From positions 2,272,001-2,336,000 of the forward strand of contig CAVSHF010000003.1 of assembly GCA_963727805.1 (NCBI GenBank): DNA of 64,000 bases, given 5' to 3'. Within the stretch, counting starts at the first letter, position 1; each line of letters opens with the position of its first letter. The translations under genes and the position numbers were made by a program. Shown in pieces: positions 27,378 to 38,293 of this stretch. The notes beneath the pieces are model-generated. The model had not been told where the DNA came from, did not search any database, and saw nothing but the letters and a program-made list of their open reading frames with translations. Source of the DNA: an uncultured Nitrospiraceae bacterium. Lineage in GTDB: Bacteria; Nitrospirota; Thermodesulfovibrionia; Thermodesulfovibrionales; Dissulfurispiraceae.

Positions 27378-28070
27378 ATGTTTATCGATAAGTCGATGAC
27401 GAGAGATGTTATTACGATTCACCCGGAGGCAACTCTCCTTGATGCTAGGGCAAAGATGGATGAACACCATATCAGGCATCTTCCTGTGATAAGAGAGGAT
27501 AATACCGTAATCGGGATCATTACCGACCGTGATTTACGAAGCGCGCTGCCATCCGTGTACTCGACTTGCCTGGAAGATCCGAAGGAAAGGGAACGGATTT
27601 CCGAACTAAAGGTTGGGGATGTCATGACTAAAAGTCCGATCACCATTTCCCCAATGAACACACTTGAGGATGCGATTATGATGATGCACAAGATGCGTAA
27701 GGGAGCTTTCCCAGTTGTTGATAATGAGGGGAAATTGAAGGGCATTATTTCAACCCGCGACCTGATTCGTGCATTTATTAATGTGCTGGGCATTGAGAAC
27801 CCCGGCACTCTTTTGTGTATTGAAGTGGAGGACAAACTCGGGCAGATGAAAAGGATCGTTGACGCGATTACCGAGGAGAAAATATCCTTCGGGAGCATCC
27901 TTGTTGCCAGGCACTGGGATGAGGGAAAGAGGGCTATTTTCCCCTACCTGCTAACGAACAATGTGGTTAAAGTGAAGAAGAAACTTGAGGGCATGGGATA
28001 CACGTTGCTCAACCCGATGGAATGGTCTCTGGAGCAGCTCCCCAGGAACAGCGGGACAAAATCAGGATAA
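27378..28070 (+). CDS. CBS-CBS-ACT protein (AcuB-like)
   Basis: IRHLPV, GIITDRD, second CBS domain, C-terminal ACT-like segment. Confidence 0.85.
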   Translation: MFIDKSMTRDVITIHPEATLLDARAKMDEHHIRHLPVIREDNTVIGIITDRDLRSALPSVYSTCLEDPKERERISELKVGDVMTKSPITISPMNTLEDAIMMMHKMRKGAFPVVDNEGKLKGIISTRDLIRAFINVLGIENPGTLLCIEVEDKLGQMKRIVDAITEEKISFGSILVARHWDEGKRAIFPYLLTNNVVKVKKKLEGMGYTLLNPMEWSLEQLPRNSGTKSG

Positions 28071-28192
28071 TGACTGAAGGCCGGCAGCCCGGTGTTGATA
28101 CAAAGTATAGATGCAGGAAATATTCAGGGGGGCTTCAGCGCCCTGAATCCTATTTGGTCTTACTAAAGAAATGCTTCCAGAGGATCTGAATT

Positions 28193-30889
28193 ATGTCCAT
28201 AAAATATCTCGACTCTTTTTTCAATCCGAAACGAATAGCGGTCCTCGGGGCGAGTGAGGACCCAATAACCATTGGGTGCTCTGTTTTCGGCAACCTGATA
28301 GGCAAGGGCTATAAGGGAGCGGTCTATCCCGTAAACAGCCGCGTTGACTCGGTCCAGGGGGTTGAGGCATATCGCAAGATTGCCGATATACAGCATGACC
28401 TCGACCTGGCTATTCTAGCCGATGGCAGCGAGTTACTGCTCGCGCAGCTCGAAGAATGCGGTCAAAAAGGAGTGAAAGGAGTCATCATTCTCTGTCCCGA
28501 TTTTCACTACCGGGCAGCGGACCCGCAACAAATGGAAGTAAAAATCAAGGACCTCTCGCAGAAATATGGATTCAGGGTGCTGGGTCCTAATTCACTCGGC
28601 TTCATCAGACCGGGCAAGGGGATCAATGCAAGCATCTATCCAAATATGCCTCTCAAAGGCAATATCGCATTTATCGCGCAAGGCTCGACTCTCGCCAGCG
28701 CCCTTTTGGACAGGGCGGTAAGCAAGAAGGTGGGATTCAGTTACTTTGTTTCGCTTGGGTCAAAATTCGACATCGATTTTGCCGATATGATCGACTTCCT
28801 TGGCGTTGACCCTTCGACACGAGCCATAATCCTTTATGTGGAATCCCTCTGGAACGGCCGCAAATTCATGACTGCAGTTCGTTCTTATTCTTATAGCAAA
28901 CCTATCGTCGTCTTCAAATCAGGAAAATACGAAGAATCAGCCCATATTGCACTGACGTATTCCGGGAGATTGGCCGGCGAAGACCTCGTCTACGATGCCG
29001 CTTTCAGCAGGGCAGGTGCTGTCAGGGCAGACGAGCTTCTCGATCTCTTCTACCTCGCTGAGACCCTTTCCAAACAGCCCCGGCCGAAGGGAAACCGTCT
29101 TGCAATAGTATCAAATGCAGGAGGGCCGGCAGTGATAGCAGTCGATACGCTTTTGAAACAAGGGGGTGTTTTGGCACCGCTCGGCCCGGACACGATCACC
29201 GAACTGAAGACTGTACTACCGCAGTCAAAAAGGGTCGTGCAGAACCCGATTGATCTCCTTTCCGATGCCTCTCCCCAGCAGTTTCAAACGGCAGTTGTCA
29301 GTTGCCTAAAGGATGAGGATGTTGATGGCGTTCTCGTCATCCAGACACCGCATTTCGGAGCGAAACCAAACGAAACCGCAGAAGTGATCGCAGCGGCATC
29401 GAAGGCAAATCCCTACAAGCCGCTTTTTACTTCCTGGATGGGAGAGGAGTCGGTTGCATCTGCAAGAGAAGTCCTCATAGACAAGGGGATCCCTACTTTT
29501 ATTACTCCTGAGCAGGCGGTAAGGAACTTTATCTACATGTACCGATATGGCGACCATCTGCAACTCCTTCTGGAAACCCCCGAAGATATCCTTAAAGATT
29601 TCTTTCCTGAAAAGGGGAAGGTCGCATCGATAATCAAAGGGGCTTCCGAAAGACGAAAGCTACTCTTTAACCTGAATGAAGCTAAGGATATTCTCACTGC
29701 TTACGGCATTCCCGTCATACAGACTGAAAAGGCTTTCAGCGAGGAAGACGCACTCCGCATCGCCGAGCAGACCGGCTATCCTGTGGTGTTGAAAATCGAC
29801 ACGCCGAAGATTTTTCATAAATTGAAGAAAGGCGGCGTCATTCTCAATATCAGAGACAGGGATACTGTTGCCCAGGCGTTCAGGTCGCTCAGAGAGCTTG
29901 CCGCCAATGTGGGAGACCCTGGCGCGCCTGTACTTGTCCAGCCGATGATCATCAAGCATGGCTACGAGGTCGCGATCGGCGCAAAGAAGGACCCGACCTT
30001 CGGCGCTGTAATACTCTTCGGCATTGGTGGTGAACTCCTTGGTGCGCTTGAAGATTACGCGGTCGCCCTGCCGCCTCTTAATCAGGCGTTAGCCAAACAT
30101 ATGATGATGGAGACAAAGATCTTCCGCTATCTCCAGAGCCGGCCTGAGTATGCCGAGGTCATAAAATATCTCGAAGAAATCGTAGTGAGATTTTCGCAAC
30201 TGATCGTCGATTTCCATCACATTAAGGAAATCGATATCAATCCATTCTTTATCACTGAGAACGGAGGCTTTGCCCTCGATGCTGGGATTGTATTTGAAGA
30301 CGAGATCCTTGACGGCTTTGTGCAAAATGAAGGAGAATTTTGTCCGCCGCACCTCTCGATCTGCCCTTATCCGAGAAAATTTGCAACCGAAATTACGCTG
30401 AAAAATGGCACGCCGGCAGTCATCCGGCCGATACGCCCAGAAGATGAACCCATGATTGGCGAGCTGTTCAAGAGCTTTTCCGAACAGACCATCGTTTTGC
30501 GCTTTTTTCAACGATTCCCCCAATTCGCACATGAACAACTCGTAAGATATTGCCAGATCGATTACGACAGGGAGCTTGCCCTTGTTTGCGTAATCGAAGA
30601 TGGTGGACACGAAAAAATTATCGGAGATGTTCGAATGATAAAGCTCGCCGACATGGAAAACGCTGAAATGGCGATAATGGTGTCTGATCAGTGGCAGGGA
30701 ATGGGTGTTGGTATTGCGCTTTCAACGCACTGCCTTAAGGTAGCTCGTGATGCGGGGATAAAGAGGATCACTATGGACATATTGATAATAAACACCTACA
30801 TGCAGAACCTGGCGAAGCGCCTGGGATTCAAGAGGACCCATTCATACGACGATTATGTCGAAGTTGTATATGAAGTGAACGGGGAATAG
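28193..30889 (+). CDS. Pat/PatZ-type protein lysine acetyltransferase (acyl-CoA synthetase NDP-forming domain plus C-terminal GNAT)
   Basis: GPNSLG, SNAGG, NPIDL, ATP-grasp region (DINP), C-terminal IRPIRPEDE..IDYDRE..QGMGVG GNAT. Confidence 0.9.
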   Translation: MSIKYLDSFFNPKRIAVLGASEDPITIGCSVFGNLIGKGYKGAVYPVNSRVDSVQGVEAYRKIADIQHDLDLAILADGSELLLAQLEECGQKGVKGVIILCPDFHYRAADPQQMEVKIKDLSQKYGFRVLGPNSLGFIRPGKGINASIYPNMPLKGNIAFIAQGSTLASALLDRAVSKKVGFSYFVSLGSKFDIDFADMIDFLGVDPSTRAIILYVESLWNGRKFMTAVRSYSYSKPIVVFKSGKYEESAHIALTYSGRLAGEDLVYDAAFSRAGAVRADELLDLFYLAETLSKQPRPKGNRLAIVSNAGGPAVIAVDTLLKQGGVLAPLGPDTITELKTVLPQSKRVVQNPIDLLSDASPQQFQTAVVSCLKDEDVDGVLVIQTPHFGAKPNETAEVIAAASKANPYKPLFTSWMGEESVASAREVLIDKGIPTFITPEQAVRNFIYMYRYGDHLQLLLETPEDILKDFFPEKGKVASIIKGASERRKLLFNLNEAKDILTAYGIPVIQTEKAFSEEDALRIAEQTGYPVVLKIDTPKIFHKLKKGGVILNIRDRDTVAQAFRSLRELAANVGDPGAPVLVQPMIIKHGYEVAIGAKKDPTFGAVILFGIGGELLGALEDYAVALPPLNQALAKHMMMETKIFRYLQSRPEYAEVIKYLEEIVVRFSQLIVDFHHIKEIDINPFFITENGGFALDAGIVFEDEILDGFVQNEGEFCPPHLSICPYPRKFATEITLKNGTPAVIRPIRPEDEPMIGELFKSFSEQTIVLRFFQRFPQFAHEQLVRYCQIDYDRELALVCVIEDGGHEKIIGDVRMIKLADMENAEMAIMVSDQWQGMGVGIALSTHCLKVARDAGIKRITMDILIINTYMQNLAKRLGFKRTHSYDDYVEVVYEVNGE

Positions 30890-30918
30890 CCATTAAATCC
30901 TTCGTGGTATAATGTTGA

Positions 30919-32217
30919 ATGCGAATACTGTATAGTGACAAACAGTTGCAGGCTTTTTTACAGGTACTCAGGAAACGTGCTGCCGGAGTCAGTCCCGATA
31001 TTGAAAAGAGTGTTAGGGATATCCTTGCGGATGTGCGTAAGAAAGGTGATATAGCGGTCGCCAAATACACAAAGCGATTTGACAGGCATGTACTCCCTAT
31101 CAGGATAAAACCGTCCGAGATCAACGGATATGCGCGGAAGGCCACCAAGCACATCATGGAGGCACTTGAGCTTTCGGCTTCGAGAATTTATGATTTTCAC
31201 AACCGTCAGAAAGAAGACTCATGGTTTTTTGAAAAAGGTGGTATCATCTTAGGCCAGATTATTCGCCCCCTGGAAAGGGCCGGTGTATATGTACCGGGGG
31301 GGAAGGCATCTTATCCGTCGACGGTTCTGATGAATGTGATTCCGGCCCAGGTCGCCGGCGTTAAAGAGATCGCGGTCTGTGTGCCAACACCTGCGGGTGA
31401 GATCAATCCATATGTTATGGCAGCAATACAGCTTCTGGGGATCAAGGAGGTATATCGTGTCGGCGGCGCCCAGGCTATAGGCGCGATGGCATATGGTACC
31501 GGGAGCATCAGGAAGGTCGATAAGATAGTTGGCCCCGGCAATATTTTCGTCGCCCTCGCAAAGAAGATGGTCTTTGGGGAAGTAGATATTGACATGATCG
31601 CCGGTCCCAGCGAGATACTGATAATTGCCGATGATACGGCAAACCCCGTTTTCATCGCTGCCGATATGTTGAGTCAAGCGGAACATGACGAGCTCGCTTC
31701 AAGCATTCTTATTACACCGTCTGACACAGTTATCGAAAATGTGACGCAAGAATTGAGATCCCAGCTCAAAACCTTAAAGCGCCATGAAATCGCAAAGAAG
31801 TCACTTGGCAAATACGGAGCGATTATAAGGACGAAGAGCGTAGATGCAGCGACTGCTATTGCCAATGCAATTGCTCCCGAACACCTTGAAATAATGACTG
31901 AAGCCCCTGAAGAGGTCGTTGCAAAGGTCAAAAATGCCGGAGCGGCCTTTCTTGGGCCGTGGACGCCGGAGCCGCTGGGTGACTATTCTGCTGGACCAAA
32001 TCATACTCTGCCGACGGGAGGTACCGCCCGGTTTTCATCACCTCTCGGCGTATACGATTTTATCAAAAGAACTAGCCTTCTCCAATTCAATCCGAATGGG
32101 TTTGTGCAACTGGCCGATGCCGTCGAATCCCTTGCCGATGCAGAAGGGCTCGAGGCGCATGCTAAAACCATTCGCGTCAGAAGGGATGAGATTTTAGAAC
32201 GGTCAGGCAAGCGTTAA
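30919..32217 (+). CDS. hisD: Histidinol dehydrogenase
   Basis: YVPGG, GPGN, AGPSE, SQAEHD, PEHL, GPNHTLPT. Confidence 0.97.
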   Translation: MRILYSDKQLQAFLQVLRKRAAGVSPDIEKSVRDILADVRKKGDIAVAKYTKRFDRHVLPIRIKPSEINGYARKATKHIMEALELSASRIYDFHNRQKEDSWFFEKGGIILGQIIRPLERAGVYVPGGKASYPSTVLMNVIPAQVAGVKEIAVCVPTPAGEINPYVMAAIQLLGIKEVYRVGGAQAIGAMAYGTGSIRKVDKIVGPGNIFVALAKKMVFGEVDIDMIAGPSEILIIADDTANPVFIAADMLSQAEHDELASSILITPSDTVIENVTQELRSQLKTLKRHEIAKKSLGKYGAIIRTKSVDAATAIANAIAPEHLEIMTEAPEEVVAKVKNAGAAFLGPWTPEPLGDYSAGPNHTLPTGGTARFSSPLGVYDFIKRTSLLQFNPNGFVQLADAVESLADAEGLEAHAKTIRVRRDEILERSGKR

Positions 32218-32254
32218 CCCGGCTCAGGGGAATGATGGAAGACCGAGAGGGAAT

Positions 32255-32569
32255 TCAGCCCTTCATTAGCTTTTCTATGAAAATGAAGCTACCGCAAGGA
32301 GGGCCTGAGCGGTCTTCACGGTAATCGCAGCCGTCGATACGGAAATCGCACCTGCTGCATACTAGCCCAAAGAGGGTTTCATCATCGAGTGGGACCTGCT
32401 TCTTTATTCCTTCAGACCTGTCGATAAGGCGGTTGAAGTGCTCTAATTCCTTGAGGGTAAAATTGTCGATCAGCAGCTGGTAACCGCCGCACTGGATCTC
32501 TTCCTTTCCTTCTTTGAAAAAGTTGCAAAAACCTTTGCAAATGATCTCGCTATATATTCTTTCCTTCAT
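32255..32569 (-). CDS. Cys-rich hypothetical protein
   Basis: CxxxC, CxxCxxxxxxC and PPC motifs; start overlaps the cutA stop. Confidence 0.65.
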   Translation of the reverse strand: MKERIYSEIICKGFCNFFKEGKEEIQCGGYQLLIDNFTLKELEHFNRLIDRSEGIKKQVPLDDETLFGLVCSRCDFRIDGCDYREDRSGPPCGSFIFIEKLMKG

Positions 32570-32889
32570 TCGTTTTGTTTCGTAGTTTCCCTGAGCCATG
32601 CCAGATACTCCTCGGAGCCATCAACGACTGGTAGGACGATGATCTCAGGCACGGCGTAGGGATGGAGCTCTTTCACCCTAGTTTTAAGGGAGCTGAATAG
32701 CTCGGGCCGCGTCTTGACGATCATGAGTAGCTCTCTTTCGTCCTCGATTTTTCCTCGCCAGGAATAGATTGACCGAATGTCCTTTATGATGTTGACGCAG
32801 GCGGCGAGGCGTTCTTTGACAAGCGCTTTAGCAATCTTCGCCGCCTCTTCCTCGCTTGGCGCAGTGATGTAGACAACCAAGGCTTCCAT
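32566..32889 (-). CDS. cutA: Divalent-cation tolerance protein CutA
   Basis: LAACVN, SIYSWRG, HPYAVPE. Confidence 0.93.
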   Translation of the reverse strand: MEALVVYITAPSEEEAAKIAKALVKERLAACVNIIKDIRSIYSWRGKIEDERELLMIVKTRPELFSSLKTRVKELHPYAVPEIIVLPVVDGSEEYLAWLRETTKQNE

Positions 32890-32931
32890 TAATTAGCTCT
32901 TTTTCACATTGCTCAAATTTACGACGTAAAC

Positions 32932-34059
32932 TTAGAACAGTGGAACACCCTTTTCAAGGATGTTTGCCTTTGTCCCACCTGCCGCGATGAGGGTAACCGT
33001 CGGTTTGAAAAAAACGAAATCCTGATGAAAAGGTGTCTTTATCTTTCCGCCGAAGGAGCTGTTGTCGCCGAGAGCTATATGGATAGTTCCGAGGATCTTT
33101 TCAGATTCGAGTATATTGTCTGGCCTCTTTGCCCGAGGGTTAGTGCCTATCCCCAACTCTGCGATGTTCCGGTTCCCCTCATTTTCAGCGAGCTTTGATC
33201 TCAGGTAGTCCGCAAATGGTTCGCGGCCTGCAATGTTGACGACTTCTCCATTTTCGATTGTGAGAGCGATCGGCTCGGTTAGTTCACGCATCGGCGCCCA
33301 ATCGAGGACCAGCGTGCCCTCAGCGGTGCCTTCGAGCGGCGCGAGAAATACCTCGCCAGCCGGTAGATTTCCGAAAGCCCCTTTCTTCGTAAGAATTCCC
33401 GTGTCCGAAAGCGCTTTTCTTCCTTCTTTGGACAGTCGCAAATGGGTACCGTTCGGAGACGTAATGCCGATAGTGACGGCCTGATTGACAGTTTTTTCGA
33501 GAGCCCTTGTTCTTTTTGCGAGGGCCTTCCAGTCGACGTGCATTGAGCCTTCGAACATCGATACATCAAAGAGCGGCATACTTGCATAACGGCAGCCGCA
33601 GATCCTAGTCAGGAAATCCCTGAACCGAGTATGGCTTGTCGAGTAATTCGAAAGGGCGATGACAGCGTCGACTGCTTCAGGCTTGGATTTTTTCAATATA
33701 TCCTCAATACCCTTGAGGTCGGTATCAGAAAGTTCTTTTTTGAGAAGCGGATCCATAATGCTTTTCTTCCGCAGTTTATTTACAAAGGTCTTTCCGAAGG
33801 CTACTTCCCAAAGTTCCAGCGGAGGCTCCGTCCCGTGGCTGCCCGTGGCCTGATACTCTTCATAGATAATTTTCTTTGTGAAGGACCTGCCTATCTCTGC
33901 AGTCAAGAGGGAAATGTACCTGAGACCGTCCCTTCTACAGGCGTCCCCAGCATCAACGCTCTCGGAAGGAGAAGTCAGGTCAGTAAAGACGAGCACCTTT
34001 TCGCCAGCCTTTATGCCGAGATTTGTGCGGTAGATAGAACGTATCGTATCAAGAATCAT
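32932..34059 (-). CDS. Aminopeptidase (M29-like metallopeptidase)
   Basis: GNLPAGEV, AELGIGTN, EKILGTIHIALG, HQD. Confidence 0.85.
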   Translation of the reverse strand: MILDTIRSIYRTNLGIKAGEKVLVFTDLTSPSESVDAGDACRRDGLRYISLLTAEIGRSFTKKIIYEEYQATGSHGTEPPLELWEVAFGKTFVNKLRKKSIMDPLLKKELSDTDLKGIEDILKKSKPEAVDAVIALSNYSTSHTRFRDFLTRICGCRYASMPLFDVSMFEGSMHVDWKALAKRTRALEKTVNQAVTIGITSPNGTHLRLSKEGRKALSDTGILTKKGAFGNLPAGEVFLAPLEGTAEGTLVLDWAPMRELTEPIALTIENGEVVNIAGREPFADYLRSKLAENEGNRNIAELGIGTNPRAKRPDNILESEKILGTIHIALGDNSSFGGKIKTPFHQDFVFFKPTVTLIAAGGTKANILEKGVPLF

Positions 34060-34138
34060 GTCTTAAGTTTAGCAAGAACAAAGATTTTTTGTAAGGTGAT
34101 ACTTTACTGCCAAGGCTAGGCAAAAAAACCCGACTGTT

Positions 34139-35572
34139 TTATGCGAAAACGAGTTCCATCTGCGCCGTCTTTTCCCTGGGGAAGAGAATCGGGTACTTGT
34201 TGTCGAAACAAGCTGTGCAGTAATCCTCCGGATGGGGAATGATGCCTCTCAGTCCGCTGATGCTCAGATAGGCAAGGGAGTCGGCTGTAATGTATTTTCT
34301 GATTTCTTCAACAAGATGGCTCGAAGCGATAAGCTCTTGGCGGGTGGGGGTGTCGATGCCGTAGAAACAGGGGCCGATGGTGGGCGGGGAGCTTATGCGC
34401 ATATGCACTTCTTTCGCTCCTCCCACCTCACGTATCATCTTGATGATCTTCTTGGAGGTGGTGCCCCTGACGATCGAATCGTCAACGACAACGACTCGTT
34501 TGCCCTGAAGTAGGTCGCGTACGGGATTCAACTTTATCTTGACGCCGAAATGCCTGATGCTCTGTTTTGGCTCGATGAAAGTCCTGCCGACATAGTGGTT
34601 TCTTATTAGGCCGAAGTCAAAGGGGATACCACTGTGTTCCGCATATCCGATAGCGGCGGGGACGCCCGAGTCCGGTACCGGAATCACGATGTCGGCATCG
34701 ACGGGAGAATCCTTAGCGAGTTGCCTTCCAAAACTCTTCCGGATGGTATTGACGCATGTGTTGTTAAAAATATAACTGTCAGGCCTTGAAAAGTAGATAA
34801 ACTCGAAAACACAAAACGCTTTCCGTGAGCTTTTCAATGCCCCTACGGACCTTAACCCGTTTTCGTTGATGATTACCATTTCACCCGGCTCAACATCCCT
34901 GATAAATTTGGCGTCGATGATATCAAAAGCGCAGGTTTCTGAAGCCACCACGTAGGCGCCGTCAACCTTTCCGATAGAAAGGGGCCTAACGCCGTAAGGA
35001 TCACGGAAAGCGATCATTTCGTTTTCCCTCAAGAAAAGAAGACTGTACGCTCCTCTCATATCTTTGAGAGCTTCAGTAATACGCTCATGAGGGTCGTCGC
35101 TCTTCGAACGTGCAATCATGTGCAGAATGACTTCGCTGTCCGATGATGATTGGAAAATGGCCCCTTCCATTTCGAGTTGGGCACGCATCTGCTCTGCATT
35201 GACAAGATTGCCGTTATGCGCCACTGCTATGGAACCGAGGGCGTAATTCGCTAGAAGTGGCTGGACATTTTTGAGGACGCTGCTTCCGGCAGTAGAGTAT
35301 CGATTATGACCAATAGCAACATGCCCAGGTAGCCGCTTAAGCCTCTTTTCGCTGAATATTTCTGAAACAAGACCCATCGCTTTTTCGAGGTGGATGTTTT
35401 TTCCATCCGAAGAGCATATGCCAGCTCCTTCTTGCCCGCGGTGTTGTAGGGCATAAAGTCCCAAATAGGCGAGGTTAGCAGCTTCAGGATGTCCGAAGAC
35501 ACCGAAAATACCGCACTCCTCATGGATATCATGAAAGGGCGGCTTTGTAGAGCAACTGTTATGATTTCCCAT
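34139..35572 (-). CDS. purF: Amidophosphoribosyltransferase
   Basis: [32 protein letters not shown]; start uncertain (35572 or 35647). Confidence 0.96.
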   Translation of the reverse strand: MGNHNSCSTKPPFHDIHEECGIFGVFGHPEAANLAYLGLYALQHRGQEGAGICSSDGKNIHLEKAMGLVSEIFSEKRLKRLPGHVAIGHNRYSTAGSSVLKNVQPLLANYALGSIAVAHNGNLVNAEQMRAQLEMEGAIFQSSSDSEVILHMIARSKSDDPHERITEALKDMRGAYSLLFLRENEMIAFRDPYGVRPLSIGKVDGAYVVASETCAFDIIDAKFIRDVEPGEMVIINENGLRSVGALKSSRKAFCVFEFIYFSRPDSYIFNNTCVNTIRKSFGRQLAKDSPVDADIVIPVPDSGVPAAIGYAEHSGIPFDFGLIRNHYVGRTFIEPKQSIRHFGVKIKLNPVRDLLQGKRVVVVDDSIVRGTTSKKIIKMIREVGGAKEVHMRISSPPTIGPCFYGIDTPTRQELIASSHLVEEIRKYITADSLAYLSISGLRGIIPHPEDYCTACFDNKYPILFPREKTAQMELVFA

Positions 35573-35691
35573 TGGGTCGATGGCTCTTTTTAAAAAGGAG
35601 AATGATTCTGCAGCACACGATGAGTTAAGAGTGTAAACTCGCTTCATGCTGCTCGTTTACTCCAGTTATGTACTTATTCTAACATAAACTA

Positions 35692-37752
35692 GTGAATGAA
35701 TTTAAACTCAGGACAGATTTCACACCAAAGGGAGACCAGCCCAGGGCGATAGCCGAGCTGACCGAAGGACTCATCGGGGGTGGCAAGCACCAGGTGCTTC
35801 TCGGCGTTACCGGGTCCGGAAAGACCTTCACAATTGCCAATGTTGTGAAAAACGTGAACAAGCCGACAGTTGTCATCGCCCACAACAAGGCACTGGCAGC
35901 TCAACTCTATGGCGAATTCCGTGAGCTCTTCCCCGACAATGCCGTTGAATTCTTCGTGAGCTATTACGACTACTATCAGCCCGAGGCCTACCTCCCCGCC
36001 ACAGATACCTACATCGAGAAAGACTCGATGATCAACGACGATATCGACCGATTGAGGCACTCAGCTACCATGTCGATACTCGAACGTCAAGATGTCATCG
36101 TAGTAGCCTCGGTATCATGCATTTACGGGATCGGTTCACCCGAGGACTATCTCAATATGCATATTATCGTCGAAGAGGGAATGCGAACAACACGAGATGC
36201 ATTCCTGAAAAAGCTCGTCGAGATACTCTATGTCCGGACAGATATGGAATTCAAACGGGGGAGCTTCAGGGTGCGGGGTGATATCGTCGAGATCTTTCCC
36301 GCCTTCTCGCTTGATCGGGCCGTAAGGATCGAATTCTTCGGAGACGACATCGATGCGATCTACGAATTTGACTCACTCACCGGCACAAAGCTGAAAAGAG
36401 CGGGAAAACTCATACTCTACCCCAACAGCCACTGGATAACGCCGCAGCACAAGATAGAAAAGGCCATCGCTTCAATCCTTCAGGAAATGGAAGATCGCGC
36501 GCGCTGGTTTAGAAATAATGGGGAGCTTGCCTTTTCACAGCGGATCGAACAGAGGACGAGATTCGACATGGAGATGCTGAAGGAATTCGGCTTTTGCCAT
36601 GGTATCGAGAATTATTCGCGCCATTTGAGCGGGAGATTGCCCGGAGAGCCGCCTTTCACGCTGCTCGATTACCTCATCAGCGGTCCTTCAAAGGGTGATT
36701 ACCTCATGGTCATCGACGAGGCTCACGCCACGGTCCCGCAGATCGGTGGCATGTACCACGGCGACCGGTCCCGCAAGCAGACCCTTATAGATTATGGGTT
36801 CCGACTACCCTCCGCCCTTGACAATAGACCTCTTCAATTTGACGAATTTGAGCACAGGGTGAATCGGGCCATTTATGTTTCCGCAACCCCGGGACCCTAT
36901 GAACTGAACAAGGCGCAGGGCAGAATCATCGAGCAAGTAATCCGGCCTACCGGTCTCATGGACCCTAAGATGGTTATCAGGTCTACGGCCGGACAAGTAG
37001 ATGACCTGCTGGGAGAGATCAGGAAGAGGGCCGAAAAAGCAGAGCGTGTGCTCGTCACAACACTCACAAAAAAGATGGCCGAAGACCTGACCGATTATTA
37101 TGTTGAACTCGGCGTGAGGGCGCGGTATCTCCATTCCGATATTGACACGCTCGAACGGATTGCAATATTGAGAGATTTGAGACTCGGGGAGTTCGACGTC
37201 CTCATTGGTGTTAACTTGTTGAGGGAGGGTCTCGATCTTCCTGAGGTTTCACTCGTTGCGATATTCGATGCGGACAAGGAGGGGTTCCTCCGCTCCGAAC
37301 GGTCATTGATTCAGACATCAGGCCGCGCTGCACGAAACGTGAACGGAGAAGTCATACTTTATGCTGATACAATGACAAATTCAATAAGAAAGGCGATGGC
37401 CGAGACTGAACGGCGCCGGGAGATCCAGGAAGCCTACAACACAAAAATGGGTATAACACCTGAAACCGTGAAGAGCCAGATAAAAGATATCCTCGGATCA
37501 ATCTATGAAGCCGATTACCTTACCCCAGAGATCCTTACAGAGGAATCTGCCGAATATGATCTGACGGAACAAAGTGTCATAGGACTCGAAGCGGAGATGA
37601 AAAAGGCGGCTAAAGGGCTTGATTTCGAGCGGGCCGCAGAGATCAGGGACAAGATAAAAGTAATTAGGGATAAGATGCTTCAGTTGGGGGTAAAAGAAAA
37701 AGGCTCTGAAAAAGCTGCAGCGAAGAGGATATCTAGGAGAAAGAAGCAGTAG
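35692..37752 (+). CDS. uvrB: Excinuclease ABC subunit B
   Basis: [31 protein letters not shown]. Confidence 0.98.
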   Translation: MNEFKLRTDFTPKGDQPRAIAELTEGLIGGGKHQVLLGVTGSGKTFTIANVVKNVNKPTVVIAHNKALAAQLYGEFRELFPDNAVEFFVSYYDYYQPEAYLPATDTYIEKDSMINDDIDRLRHSATMSILERQDVIVVASVSCIYGIGSPEDYLNMHIIVEEGMRTTRDAFLKKLVEILYVRTDMEFKRGSFRVRGDIVEIFPAFSLDRAVRIEFFGDDIDAIYEFDSLTGTKLKRAGKLILYPNSHWITPQHKIEKAIASILQEMEDRARWFRNNGELAFSQRIEQRTRFDMEMLKEFGFCHGIENYSRHLSGRLPGEPPFTLLDYLISGPSKGDYLMVIDEAHATVPQIGGMYHGDRSRKQTLIDYGFRLPSALDNRPLQFDEFEHRVNRAIYVSATPGPYELNKAQGRIIEQVIRPTGLMDPKMVIRSTAGQVDDLLGEIRKRAEKAERVLVTTLTKKMAEDLTDYYVELGVRARYLHSDIDTLERIAILRDLRLGEFDVLIGVNLLREGLDLPEVSLVAIFDADKEGFLRSERSLIQTSGRAARNVNGEVILYADTMTNSIRKAMAETERRREIQEAYNTKMGITPETVKSQIKDILGSIYEADYLTPEILTEESAEYDLTEQSVIGLEAEMKKAAKGLDFERAAEIRDKIKVIRDKMLQLGVKEKGSEKAAAKRISRRKKQ

Positions 37753-38293
37753 ACAGCAAGCCTTCTTTTATCTACGGCGAGTTTGACAACATGATCGTAT
37801 CAATCACTCGGCTCTCTTCGTGACTGCCTCAGTGTCTCTTTCTGATGAGAATTTAAAAAAGGACATGGCGCCCACCCTGAAAGCATTGCTTGACAGAGTC
37901 ATGCATTTGCATGGAGTAAGCCATGAGTGAAGCACAGCAGAGAATTACAGCAGGAGATTCAGTCAAGGCAAGGAGATCGGTCTAATCGCCCAAGAGAAGA
38001 AGGTTGTTCTCTCTGAACTTTTTTTGCCGATATCGTAGGCACGGCCCATACCTATGATAAGATAGTTCCAGTCCGGGTTGAGATGATAAAGGGACAGGAG
38101 TTTTTTATCAGGAACCCGGGAAGGCAGAATACTGACAAAGAAGCCTGCATTATGAGACCAGAGAACGCATTTGACTTAATAGACAAACGAATCGCGTTAA
38201 TTAATCATCCATCAAATACCATCATATTGAAATACGAGAATCTTGAAAAAGACAGAGAGATACAAATGTCCCCTTGCGTCTTGGAATCTTTCT

